From contig NC_043015.1 of NCBI RefSeq assembly GCF_006345805.1, forward strand, positions 25,606,001 to 25,670,000: a stretch of 64,000 nucleotides of DNA. Direction: 5' to 3'. The notes beneath the pieces are model-generated. The model ran no database searches, was not told the origin of the DNA, and saw nothing but the letters and a program-made list of their open reading frames with translations. The translations under genes and the position numbers were made by a program. Positions 14,019 to 27,149 of the stretch are shown one piece after another. The first letter of the stretch is position 1. Every line of letters starts with the position of its first letter. This stretch comes from Octopus sinensis (Eukaryota).

Positions 14019-14849
14019 ATATACACACATATATAAACGTACATATAATATATATATACACATACATATACACACACACACACGCACACATATATATATA
14101 CCCTTATTTCTATTCTCCATTTGTGTTTCCTCATAGATAGAAGCGGCGTTTTTACATTGTCTGTTCCTTTTTTTTGTTTCGCTACTTTGTCTACAAATTA
14201 AAAGTAACATGTCACATTGGGACGCTTTTTGCAACATCTTTTAATTTCCTATTTCGTAGGAAACCCCAAACCATTTATAAAAGAACAGTTTTTTTTTTAT
14301 ATGTATACAACCATTTCGCCATTTTCCTGTTGTACTGTTTTCTTACTTTATTTCCTTCGATGATGATATCTATTCTCCTAATTCCGAATAAACGTCTTGT
14401 TTATTTTATAAATGCAATGGTGAATATTAGCTCCGTTTATTACAGGTTTTGAACAGGCCAGTCATGGTTTCATTATGCTTCAAATGGTTAGGTATCAAAT
14501 GAAATCTCTTAGAGGGTCTCTGACTTGGCTTTTCTCATTTATTTTTATCAACGATACTGTAATTCCCCCCTCCAGTGGCCACCGTGTAGATGGAGAATTG
14601 AGTAGCTTTGCGGCGATCGAATATATTTTTTCTAGTTATTCAATCAATGAAATTAGTTAAAACATTGTTTTTTATTACATAAGTGGCTGAGTATCCCTTA
14701 AAGTGATCGAGTGTACGACGAATTTCTCTCTACCACCTACTCGGTACACGCGCGCTCGCATACATACACACAGGCATACAAACATCCACACACACACATA
14801 CTATAAACGAAAACAAAACAGAAGAGTTGTTCATAAACGATGTCGTTAC

Positions 14850-14906
14850 CTGATCGCTCGCATGTTCCATTAACAATGAAAACACCAGCTGCCGAGTCTT
14901 CAGAGG
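14850..14906 (-). CDS. Candidate 57-nt internal exon (phase 0: PLKTRQLVFSLLMEHASDQ)
   Basis: Acceptor ggctgtcttacgcAG and donor cag|GTaacg. The length is a multiple of 3 and it joins in frame to the 9666-9920 candidate. Short, so a chance match is possible. Confidence 0.25.
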
Positions 14907-15289
14907 CTGCGTAAGACAGCCAACAGTGTCACGTCCTCAAATTCCGTAACAACAATGGTAATTTGGGTTAGAGAATTTGCTTCTATAGTTAAGAGGTGGA
15001 AGATAAATATTTCTTATCGTTCCACATAAATGAATATTTGAGTCGCTTTTGTTTCTATGAAGAACGAAGAAATTTAACGGTAACTATCAGGTCTCAAAGA
15101 TCTCAGCATGACATTCATATAAGTCCTTAACCGTGCTGACAGCGCGACTTTTAATTAGCAGCTTGTCTTAGCCGTCAGGTAGTTCGAACACATACATGCA
15201 CACAACACATACACTCATGTAGATACGCGTGCGCGCACAAACACACACGTGCACGCACACACACACACACACAAAAAAAAAACACACAC

Positions 15290-15460
15290 ACACACACATA
15301 AAGGGCAGGCTATCGAACTTTCCATCGAATATATTCACACACAAGGTATTGATCAACCCGGGACTATAGTGAAAGACACTTATCCAAAGTGTCGCGTGTG
15401 GAACCGAACCAGAAACCTAGTGGTTGCAAAACGACCTTTTTAACCACCCAGCCATGCCTG
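15290..15460 (-). mobile_element. SINE family A, degenerate 5' half
   Basis: Diverged reverse complement of 17104-17270 (ccatcgaatatattcacacacaaggtattgatcaacccgggactatag...ggaaccgaaccagaaacc). Confidence 0.7.
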
Positions 15461-16072
15461 CTTTTCTAATGAACATTCTCCTAAACTTTCTCCATCCCAA
15501 CACTTTATAGCAGCAGTCGGAAGACGAGTTATTTTCAATGACTAAAACCATTAACTTTAATAATAAAAACTAACAAATTCCGTACTGGACTTGAGAATAA
15601 GATCAATAAAATGATGAACAGTGACAAAATTCTTCATTAATTCGGTTCAAAGAAAAGGAAAATATAGAAGACAAGCAGGTAATCGACAAGAAAATTGAAC
15701 AGCGTCTTCTTATCCAACTCTTACAGCCGCTACTTATAAGAAAACCTGTCACGCAAAACACTCAATAACATTAACTCTACAGCCAAATGCAATTGCGCTT
15801 GATGTGAGTATACATGTATATATATATTCTATGTCTATACATCTATGTGTGTGTGTATGTATGTATGCATGTATGTATGTATATGTATGTGTGTATGTAT
15901 GTGTGTATGTACGTGTGCTTGTATATATATATATGGATGTATGTATGTATGGATGGCAGTATGTATGCATGGATGTCTGGATATATAGCTGGTTGGATGG
16001 CTGTGTGTATATATATGCACATATTTATATGCATTTGTATACATACATACAGACACATCCACCCACACAGAC

Positions 16073-16131
<59 letters not shown>

Positions 16132-16228
16132 TACGTATATTTAATATATATATATATTCTATCAGTTTATGTAGCTCTCTCTATGTGTATATCTATCTAT
16201 CTATCTATCATCTATCTATCTATCTCTC

Positions 16229-16289
<61 letters not shown>

Positions 16290-16895
16290 CACATACGTAT
16301 CTATGTATCTATGTATGTAACCATTCATACTTATGGACTTACTGTATGCCTTACTCAGCATGAGCTTATATACATCTCTTTGTATCTATTTGCTTGTTGT
16401 ATACAGAGCTCAGGTGCACAACTCACCAGAAAAGGTTAAAAGAGGAGACAGAGAGCAGTTCTTTATCGTGTGAAAAGCGACAACAATGAAAGCTATAAGT
16501 ACCGGCTTAGTGCACGGTATAAGACCCCGGAAGGCAGAAAAGTGAACGGAAAAAGAACCATAAAGAGGTAAGGCTTCAAAGTTACATTGGCAATAGTATT
16601 TGGTGATTTCCAGTAAGGAGTTTAACAACTAAAGCGGCTTATTTATTCTATGCTTCAACAATCGCGAGAAAGACGAAAATGTGTCCGGAAGTCAAATGTA
16701 TAACCAGCAACTTCACCGAATTAACATCTTAAAATGACTGCAAAGCACAGCGTGGACCAGTTTTTTTTTTCTTTGCGCGAGAAAGGAGAACTATCAAATC
16801 TCACGTTAAACTTTCCTGATGATGTCGCTGGCGATAGAATAAAAATATAGACATACGTTAAAATCTATCGGAAATCCTCTTCTGTATGTATGTAT

Positions 16896-16964
<69 letters not shown>

Positions 16965-17021
16965 ATACATATGTGTATATATATACATTTGTATATATAA
17001 ATATATACATATATATACATG

Positions 17022-17102
<81 letters not shown>

Positions 17103-17103
17103 T

Positions 17104-17518
17104 AGGCGCAGGAGTGGCTGTGTGGTAAGTAGCTTGCTAACCAGCCACATGGTTCCGGGTTCAGTCCCACTGCGTGGCATCTTGGGCAAGTGCCCTCTGC
17201 TATAGCCCCGGACCGACCAATGCCTTGTGAGTGGATTTGGTAGACAGAAACTGAAAGAAGCCTGTCGTATATATGTATATATATATGTATGTGTGTGTGT
17301 TTGTGTGTCTGTGTTTGTCCCCCTAGCATTACTTGACAACCGATGCTGGTGTGTTTACGTCCCCGTCACTTAGCGGTTCGGTAAAAAGAGACCGATAGAA
17401 TAAGTACTGGGCTTACAAAGAATAAGTCCCGGGGTCGATTTGCTCGACTAAAGGCGGTGCTCCAGCATGGCCGCAGTCAAATGACTGAAACAAGTAAAAG
17501 TAAAAGTAAAAGTAAAGT
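17104..17518 (+). mobile_element. SINE family A, full-length (tRNA-like head, internal TA/TG microsatellite, (AAAAGT)n tail)
   Basis: Head aggcgcaggagtggctgtgtggtaag...ggttccgggttcagtccc with A/B-box-like motifs. High similarity to 48039-48487 (-) and weaker similarity to several other copies. Inserted in (TA)n. Confidence 0.9.
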
Positions 17519-17537
17519 ATATATATATATATATATA

Positions 17538-20500
17538 CATGTATGAACCCAGTACAACCTGTTGCATGGTCGGGTCGTCGGCGTCTAAACCGGCAACCCC
17601 ACCAAGCTTGCTTGGTGAGGAGGTTGTTTATTGGACACCCTGCAGGATGAAAAACAAAACCCGTCAAAGGGCAGAGGACCTCTTGAGAGTCAACGGCCAT
17701 CCAATAAATGTTAGCACGGGTACGCAGAAATTCCGGGCTGGTGTCCGGCGTGCTGAAAGACCACTGGGAGTGAGGCGCCCCCTCAGTTTTTGTTAAAGCA
17801 TGTCTCTAGGAGAAGGTCACTCTGATATAAAACCAGATATGCAGGGAATGCCACATCCCTGAGCCTGCGACTCATATTGGCACCAGACATATTGCTTCCG
17901 GCTTGTCTCTGGATAATGTCAATAAAGTGGAGAGGGTCTATGAGGTGTTGTGCAAGCCTTATTGGACCTAAAACTCTGCACAGGCATTGCCGACCTCTGC
18001 TCGATACGCGCATATTTTTTTATTCTATAAATATTTATCTGATTTTTAGTATATATTTTTACTTTTTTATTCGGAAGTCCGCGGCGATGGGAAGGTGGTG
18101 AAGCATGCAGACCTGACGGGTTGGAAGCATGTAGTCAGCGACCTGCACGTAGGCGGCCCATGCTACATATAAAGTCGTCTCCTTGTCGCCCAAGACAGCG
18201 GTAGGATTTGGTTGCTGCATGGGTGTCTGAGCAGCTCCATTTGGAGGGCACTGTTCACCTGGAGACCTGGGAGGTTCTAGAAAAGGTCAACCAAAAATTG
18301 CTTTCTTTCCATATCTGGTCAGTTTAGTGCGACTGACGGATGTCCACCCTGCGCTCGAAAAACAAAGAATCTTTTATCTATAAAATCTGGACGGAACTTA
18401 AACATTTCATGTTGGAAGGTGCGCACTCTGTTGGACAACAAGAGGCCTAAAAGACGCACTGCACTTGTTACTCGTGAGCTGAACCGTTATAAAATTGATA
18501 TAGCTGCACTCTCAGAGACTCGTATAGAAGGCGATGGTCAGCTTGAGGAAGTAGGAGGTGGATACAACTTTTTTTGGAAAGGAAGGCAGAAGGAGGAGCG
18601 CAGAAAGGCTGGTGTTGGTTTTGCAGTCCGATCTGATATCCTTAAGAAGTTGGAAGAGCTCCCTGTTCCTATAAATGAACGTATAATGACCCTACGGTTG
18701 CACTTGAAAGGTAAGCAGTTTGCTACTCTAATAAGTGCCTATGCTTTGACTAGCTGTGATGAAGATAAAACAATCTTTTATAACCCAGCTGAGAGCCATA
18801 CTTAGAAAAATTCCCAATTCTGATAAAGTCATTCTACTGGGGGATTTTAATGCCAGAGTTGGAACAGACTGGCAAATATGGAACTCTCTAGGACGTTTTG
18901 GAGTAGGGAAAAGGAATAGCAATGGTCTCATGCTACTGGAGCTTTGCGAAGAGCATGGACTTTACATTGCAAGCACTCATTTTGTGCACAAAGGTGATCA
19001 CACAACAACAGGGATGCATCCAAGGTCCAAAGTTTGGTACTTGCTGGATTATGTCATCATCCGCAAGCGTGAGATTTATGACATTTGTAATGTCGAGTCC
19101 TTGCATAGATCAGAATGCTGGACAGACCACAGTCTGGTGCGAGCAAAGTTCCGAATGATCATTAGGGCGAAAGAGAGAAGAGGACCAGTCAGCATTCCTC
19201 GCCGTCTAAATGTCCACAAGGCATATGATGTTGTGGTAAGGAAAGAGCTTCAGACTCGCTTGTCCAGCATTGAAACTGCTGCAGCATGGGAAGATTTTCG
19301 AAACCAGGTTGTTCAATGTGCAGCCGAAACACTGGGGTATGTTACTGCCAGACACAGAGACTGGTTTGATGAGAATGATGCTGAAATTCAGCGACTATTA
19401 GTGGTAAAGCGCCATGCCCACAGTGTGTTGCTGCACAGAGAACTGTCTACTGTGCAGCGAAGTCTAGCACTTGCCCACTATAACAGTATAAAATCACTAC
19501 TGCAGCGATCTCTCAGGAAGATGCAGAACTCTTGGTGGGAGGATCTTGCTCGTGATGTTCAGGCTGCTGCTGATGCAAATGACAGCAAGAAGCTTTACCA
19601 TCTTATGAAGCGAGCTTATGGACCTAAGAGCTCCACATTAGCTCCTTTGCTTTCCAAGGAGTCTTCCACTCTGTTTACTAAATCAACAGAAATCACAGGT
19701 CGCTGGATCGAACACTTCTCTGAACTCCTAAACCATGAGTCAGTTGTGGATGAAACAGTGATTGATACTATGAAACAAAGGCCTACCATTGACTCCTTAG
19801 ACTCCTCGCCCTCAATAGATGAAGTAATGACATCAATAAGTAAATTGAATCTTGGTAGGGCACCTGGAAAGGATGGAATTTGTGCTGAGGTCTTGCGATT
19901 TGGTGGTAATTGCATCACACAGTACCTTCATGAACGTATTAGTGCAGTCTGGAGGGATGGTGCAATCCCTAAGGACTGGAAGGATGCAATTATTCTTCCT
20001 CTATATAAAGGAAAAGGAGCCAGAACAATGTGTAGTAACTACAGAGGTATTGCTCTACTATCAGCTGTTGGCAAGGTTCTGGCAAATATTCTTCTTACCC
20101 GTCTGAATGGGTGTCTCGTAAATGATGTCCTATCTGAATCTCAATGTGGCTTCCGATCTGGTAGAGGGACTATGGATATGATTTTCACAGCAAGACAGAT
20201 GCAGGAAAAGTGCTATGAGCAGAATATGGATCTTGTCCAGGTATTCATTGATTTAACTAGGGCCTTTCTATGGAAAATACTTGGCAAACTTGGATGTCCG
20301 GATCACTTTGTATCTATAATTAAATCATTTCATGATGGGATGGAGGCTTGGGTCAATGTTGGTGGTGCCATGGCGGGACCCATTCCTGTAGAGAATGGTG
20401 TCAAGCAGGGTGACATCCTTGCCCCAACTCTCTTTTCTTTGTACTTTGCTGCTGCTTTTACTCATGCTTTTGCTAAGGTTAGCTCTCTGGGAATATATGT

Positions 20501-21607
20501 CAGATATCGATCTTCTGGCCACCTCTTTAATCTTCACCTATTTGCTGCCAATTCAAAGGTTTCCCAGTCTATTATTCGTGACCTCCTTTATGCAGATGAC
20601 TGTGACTTAGTCACTCATACAGTAGTTGACATGCAAAATCTCATGAATTGCATTTCTGCTTCTTGCAGGGCATTTGGACTCAGCATTAGCCTGGATAAGA
20701 CTGTTGTAATGTTCCAGCCTGCACCAGGAAATCCATATATAGAACCAGCTATCTTAATTGAAGGAACAATTCTGAAGGTAGTAGACAAGTTTGTCTACCT
20801 GGGCAGCACACTCAGCCGTTCTTGCTCCCTGGATGAGGAAATATCTTTCAGGTTGCAGAGAGCAACTAATTCCTTCCGGTCTCTTCAGTCTCGTGTCTGG
20901 TCCCAACATGGCATCGCAAGGAGAACAAAAGTTGCTGTGTACCGTGCTTGTGTACTGACATCGCTTCTCTACTCATGTGAGACATGGACTCTGTACAAAC
21001 GTCAGGTAAGGGTCCTTGAACGTTTTCATCAGAGATGTCTCAGACACATTCTCAATGTTGGCTGGAATTCAAAAATTCCAGACACACAGATCCTGAGGAC
21101 AGCTGATATCTTGAGTATTGAGACGATGGTGCACAAGCACCGGTTGCGTTGGACTGGACACCTTATTAGAATGAAGGATAGAAGGATTCCTAAGCAGATG
21201 CTCTATGGAGAACTTGTGAATGGAAGGAGACTCCGGCAGAAACCAAGGCTGCAATTTAAGGACTGTGTCAAGCCCTCGTTAAAAGCCTGTGATATGCAGG
21301 ACAATGACTGAGAGAACAATGCTTGTCATCGCCACAGATGGAGGAAGTAGGTTAAGGAGGAGATCGACACATTTGAGAGAGCACGTATCCAGCATGACGA
21401 ACTTAAGCGAGCTGCGCGAAAGCGCACGGCTCGTATAGTGAACGGGGAAAGCTTGGTCTGCAATGTTTGCAGTCGTGTATGCTTGTCAAGAGCAGGGCTC
21501 ATTAGCCACCAGCTGAGCCGCAAATGCAAAATATAAGTTAGTCCTATAGCGCACAATGTTCCTGAAGGTCGGCAATGGTCTTCCTCGGTCACGAGTGGAC
21601 GGCCATC
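17538..21607 (+). mobile_element. Near-full-length RTE-clade (BovB-like) non-LTR retrotransposon with an ~850-nt 5' leader
   Basis: Single APE-RT ORF, C-terminal zinc finger, short 3' UTR ending ggccatc, flanked by (TA)n on both sides. The leader is homologous to 1-150. Confidence 0.95.
18383..21536 (+). pseudogene. RTE APE endonuclease-reverse transcriptase ORF, disrupted
   Basis: APE motifs WKVRTL, IDIAALSETR, ILLGDFNARVG, LDYVII, TDHSLV. RT motifs NYRGIALLS, QCGFRSGR, GVKQGDILAP.LF, LLYADD, FVYLGS. Lesions: a frameshift near 18780, about 7 aa missing after FIDLTRAF, TGA at 21309-21311 and TAG at 21348-21350. Read-through gives CNVCSRVCLSRAGLISH and TAA at 21534-21536. Confidence 0.95.
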
Positions 21608-21643
21608 ACACATATATATATATAATATATACACACACATATA

Positions 21644-21866
21644 CAGGGTAGCTTAGATGTCACTACACCGTTTAAAATATCAAAATCCTTTTATTTATAA
21701 ATTATTCACATTTATTTTATTATTATGAATAAATAGACGTTTTAGAAAACTTTAGGTTTGAAAATTACGTCCTTCAAATGATCACTGTTTTGTTCTTGAC
21801 AGTTGAAAAAATTCAATGAAAAGAAGCTATAACTGAAATTGGTCGAATGACTTTTGGGCCACCCTG
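21644..21866. mobile_element. Possible Tc1/mariner-type MITE
   Basis: TA|cagggtagc at the left end and gccaccctg at the right end (imperfect cagggtggc TIR), AT-rich interior. Confidence 0.4.
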
Positions 21867-22331
21867 CATATACACACACATATATGTATAAAGAAATAAA
21901 CATGGCTGGCTATGTCTACTGAATTTATCTTACTTTGACCAAGAGTTAAACAACAGCAACGACGCCAAAAATCACCAACAACCGCAACGCGTTCTGCTCT
22001 TCATTACTTTTGCCTTGGTCCAGAAACCATTATTATTGCAGGCTCTTTTGTAAGGACCGCCATTTGTGTTCTATTTAATATACAAATTCTATGCATTTCT
22101 GTTTCTGAGACAGACTTTGGCAAATATCAATTAGCATCGATGGTATTAGTAGTAATTCCATTGACCTTCTGACCTGCTAGAGCAACATATTGCTGATATA
22201 ATGATAAGATTAATAAATTCTGCTCTGCCCCGGAGGGAGAGAAGGAGGAATAATGTGTGTAATAATGGCGAAAATTATATATATGAGTGTGTGTGTGCGT
22301 AAATATATATATATATGTGTGTGTATATCTA

Positions 22332-22372
<41 letters not shown>

Positions 22373-22379
22373 ATATCTA

Positions 22380-22424
<45 letters not shown>

Positions 22425-22541
22425 TATATATATATAATATATTATATATATATATATTATATGTATATATATATATATATGTATATATATGTGTATATAT
22501 ATATATATGTGTATATATATATGTATATATATATATATGTA

Positions 22542-22611
<70 letters not shown>

Positions 22612-23130
22612 GTATGTAAATGTATATATGCATGTATGTATATTTCGGTCCATAAGTCATTTCATCTAACACACGCGCGCACACAGACATATACGCGCCC
22701 AAACACACACACAGACAAAGTGACTTCGTCATATTTACCGGGCTAGTGGAAGTATTGTCCAATACAACCCATTCAATTTACCGACACCATTAACCAATCA
22801 ACCCCATCTCCCCGCCCCACGCCATAAAAAGATATATTTATCAATACAAATAATCTATAAATAACAATTTCTAATATCAGATCTAAACATTACCTCACCA
22901 CCCCGACGCCTGTCGACCAGAAAATGTTGGTGTAGCGGACGTTAGTAGTTAATATTTCTCTTTAGAAATCGTTTCAATTTAAATCATGAAAATGGGACCC
23001 CCTACAGCTCTTGCTGTAGTTGCAGAAGAGCTGTCATAACACTGCATATCTGCGACATTCTAAACCCGAAGGAATCCATTTCTCTCTCTCTCTCTCTTCC
23101 TTTGTGTGTGTGTATATATATATATATTAT

Positions 23131-23163
<33 letters not shown>

Positions 23164-26100
23164 GAATACAGTTATCTTTTTATGATAAAGAGAAAGAGAG
23201 GAAAAGAATGTACATCAGTTATAGTGTTAATAGCGAAGTTGGCCTTGGTGATATTTGAACTCAGACAGCAGAAAGTCGAAGCGAATAAATCGAGCCTTTC
23301 TGCCCAACGCTTTGACTCACTGCCTTGAAACGAGACTCTAAAACAGCTGGTTCATGACTGCCTTGCTCACTAGATCTGCAAGAAATAATAGCTTAATCTT
23401 TCTCAAATGATAACGTTTTATTATTTTGAAAAGCTACATTTGGATTAATGTGGAACTGTGTTTCCTGTGCCCTGAAAGATAGATGGAATGGCCATAGTTG
23501 GAATGGTTTTGAACACGGATCTGTTTAATTTGATTTGGCCTAGGATTAAGTATTTAAAAATTGTAGGAAGGACAAGTGGTATTAAAATTCTTGACAAAGA
23601 GCTGGAAAACTATGTGTTGACTAGGATAAGGCAACTAAGATATTTTTAATTATGAACTCACGCGATTTTCAGTTGAGATCAAGTGACATGAAACTGAAGT
23701 TAGCGATTCCAAAATGAACATATTTCACCAAATATATGGCAATGTTATTACTTTTTTTTAAAAATACAGGATAAAGTCTTGAGAGAATTCAATGCTCAAG
23801 TAAATATAGTGGAAAAGACAAAAAAGCGTCATTGACTTTTAAGTGAATATTTTTAAAAGCCAGAAATATATATATTTGCATTTTCGATAACGTATTCAGG
23901 TACCATAAAAATTGAAATTTCCATCTAAGTTAGTAACTGTTGTATGAAACGTCCGTCAGTGTATTCGCCTCTCCTTAATCCATACCTGACTGCTCTAGTA
24001 TATAAAATATAGACTAAAAGTGCAGCTTTCTTTACCAAAAATTCGTGTTGAAGTAGCAAAGAATCCTGTTGGTGTTACAGCAATTTATGTTAAAATATTT
24101 TGTCTTGTTAAAAAGTTATATAACCAACATGGAAACACTAGTATCAATGCATCAGAGTATAAGATGTTTTCATTGTCGATACTTTTCTACTATTCTCATT
24201 TGGAAGTAGTAAGGTTACACTTAGGTGTGAAACCGGTTCCTCTGTAATTGAAGTCTCTAATAAACAGTGTCCTTTCACGCTGTTCTCTTTCTCTCAATGA
24301 CCAAGTCCTATGAGTCCTCAATTTCTAATTACGTTTCTTCATCGACAGTATGGGAAGGAAAGGTGAGAGAAACATACAAAACGTTTAGTGATTTCAACGG
24401 AGGCTATTAAGGCTAGAAGTTAATATACGCACTTGAAATAGCTTTAGATTAAAGTACCGGCCTGTATAACACTTATAAAGTATATACAAACGCATTACAG
24501 CACTAGCTGTAATAATGCTAGAGTAAATTGTGTATTAAAACTACAAGCTCCTACAAGGTCCTACACCAGTATTTCGGTAAGATTTGGTCTCCTTAGGGAA
24601 GAATACTCTGGACGTTCTGAGATAAGCTGAACATGGTTGTTCGATGCAGAAATCGCCAAGTAAAGCATTCACTGACTTTTAAAATAGCTAGTAAAGCTAG
24701 GATTAAATTGCAATGAAAGTTTTTGGGTCGATCCTTTTTCCAGTTTGTCAAAAAGTGGAAAACATCATGCTTCTAATTTTCTGTTGAGAATAAACACACG
24801 TTTATTCATTCCTAATAGCACATTGTTGTGTTAAGAAGTAATGAATCTCCATCCGTTTTGACAATCAATATTTATTTTATCAAGTGAATCATCTGCCCCA
24901 ATGAGCAATTGCATATAGTGGCTGGGTATTCCGTAAATACGTTTACCCATAACATTATCCTTAAGAAGAATCAGCAGGAAGAAGGTGGGATCTTTGAATT
25001 TTTGTTACTATCAATTCGACGAGCATCTGTATCGTCTCCCCACTTTAGTCAAAATAGACTATAGTAAAGGCAAGTGTTCAAAATACCCTGCTCTGGGATC
25101 GAACTCGGGGTTTCATAATTGAGAAACGAAATTTTTAACCATCTGTTCGTGTTGCTGTATACCACAAATACGTAAGCAGAGAAAGCGATAAAATATGACG
25201 AGCTGTATTTGCTTGCAGTCTTGAGTTCAAATCTACGATCTCGTATTAATTAGGTTAAGGCTGTAGAATAGCTACATGCCGCAAAATGTGCTTTGCGGTA
25301 TTATTCCGGCTTTTTATGATCTTAACCAACTCTGTCCCATCGATACCAACTCTGTTTCTCATCACTCACATCACTCCAGAAAATAAGGTCTCAGTCTACG
25401 ACTGAGTCGATAAAATCGACTAAGTTCCTCTCATCTAAATTGCTGGCCTTGTGCATAAATAGGAAACCATAAATTCCTTTCTACTCTAGGCCCGAAATAA
25501 GAAACTATAAATTATCTCCAAAATGTTAGAAGGCAGTTACCATCCCATCTACTCTCTTGCAGAAATCAAAGAATCAGATCGTACAATGGAATTTCACTCT
25601 CCCCACCCAGTTAATTACCACAACCTTAATTACATTCCACGAGACAATCTGTGAAAGAAGGCTGGGATTTTGAATGAAGACAGACATTTTCCAAACAGTT
25701 TTCGTTTCCACATAATCATATTAACAGGGAATTAAACTTTAAACGTTGAGCAGTGGGATTGAACTCGGTACTATGACATTGTGAAGCGGAATTCTTGATT
25801 AAAGTTCATTTTTTATGTGTAATATTTGTGAGGGGAGGTTAGTGAAATCAGTAAAACTTTCTTTCTTAAAGAATGATGTAATAACTGTTTAATAAAATAA
25901 ATTGTGGAAAATCTCATTTCTCGTGATCATTATCTCTCTTTCTCTCTCTCTCTCTCCCTCTCTCTCTCTCTATATATATATATATATGTATATATATACA
26001 CACACATATATACACACACATATATATATATACACATATATATATATATATACATACACAATTATATATACACACAAGTGTGTGTTTTTACATCTCTAAC

Positions 26101-27149
26101 AATGTCTGTCAATCTCTCTCTCTCTTTCTAAATGTATACAATCTTATATATATTCAATGAAATCGATCATTGGACCACGTCCATACAGTTCAATGCCTTC
26201 AAGGCTTTCTTCGATCATAATCAGTTTGGTTCATATTCCAGTCTGGCACGTATTTTACCGATATCGGACTCTCTTTTGTCGAAACGAAAACTTGGAGAAC
26301 AAAGGTTCACAAAATAAACAACACGGGTTTTAGAAACGGTGGAAACATAAACATTGACATCGACACACATACAGGCACCTCTCGTCTCCACCTCTCTCTC
26401 CAGACACACACATACACACGCAAACATTATACACACACGTGTATATAGCTAGATGGATTGATAGATATACATTCATATTCGTATATGTAAATACATATTC
26501 ACCTACACGCATAATCAGTCTATCTACCTATCCATCAACCCACATATAATTTGTGAGATTATTTATTGTAAGTTGGGCGTTTTACGAACTTTGCTAAATG
26601 ATCGTTCTCATATTTCTTAATTACTCAAAGTACTAACCGAAAACGCAAATTTCTTTATTCACAAGTTTAAAGATTTTAATTTCACGGTTAAATGATGGCG
26701 TATATCTCTGGTGTAGTGGCTTGATTCCCGTGGGTGACTTACTCCATGTATTTCTGCTAACAATGTTATCTACAATCAAAATCTAGCATATCTTGATTTT
26801 TCAACTGTTTTCATTATAACAGTTGTTTTAAGAGTGGAGTATGAAGAAACATCAAAATTCTCTGACGGTTTCTTTTGAATTGTTGCTGTAGAACTATCAG
26901 ACATAGTGCTCCTTATTTGGCATTATTACCTTATGACTACCAGAAATATGTTCGTGTCAAGAGAAGGCACAGAGCGTTTAAGTGGTTATTTCGTAGGATC
27001 TGTTTTCAAGTTTGTCATCATTTAATCTGTATTTATAATATGTAATTATAAGCGAAGATAAATGAAATAAATCTATTATTTACCTTGTATTTTATTTATT
27101 ATCGCATTTTTCAGACTTTGAAAGAACAAACAACAGAAATGAAAGTTAT

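Noticed and set aside
16410-16628. Minus-strand ORF ending at a good donor (ctg|GTGAGT, ~16417)
   Set aside because: No clear acceptor. It is phase 1, which joins the 14850 and 9920 candidates only into a reading that stops after a few codons. Possibly a UTR exon, but unsupported.
16815-16845. Hammerhead-like CTGATGA followed by a small stem (TGTCG-CTGG-CGATA)
   Set aside because: Followed by GAAT rather than GAAA, with no stems I/III or NUH site. Other CTGANGA hits (4838, 41509, 54933) also fail.
18160-18260. Twister-like words (TAA...CCCAAG...GGAGGG) in the RTE leader
   Set aside because: Spacing and P2/P1 pairing do not fit the twister fold.
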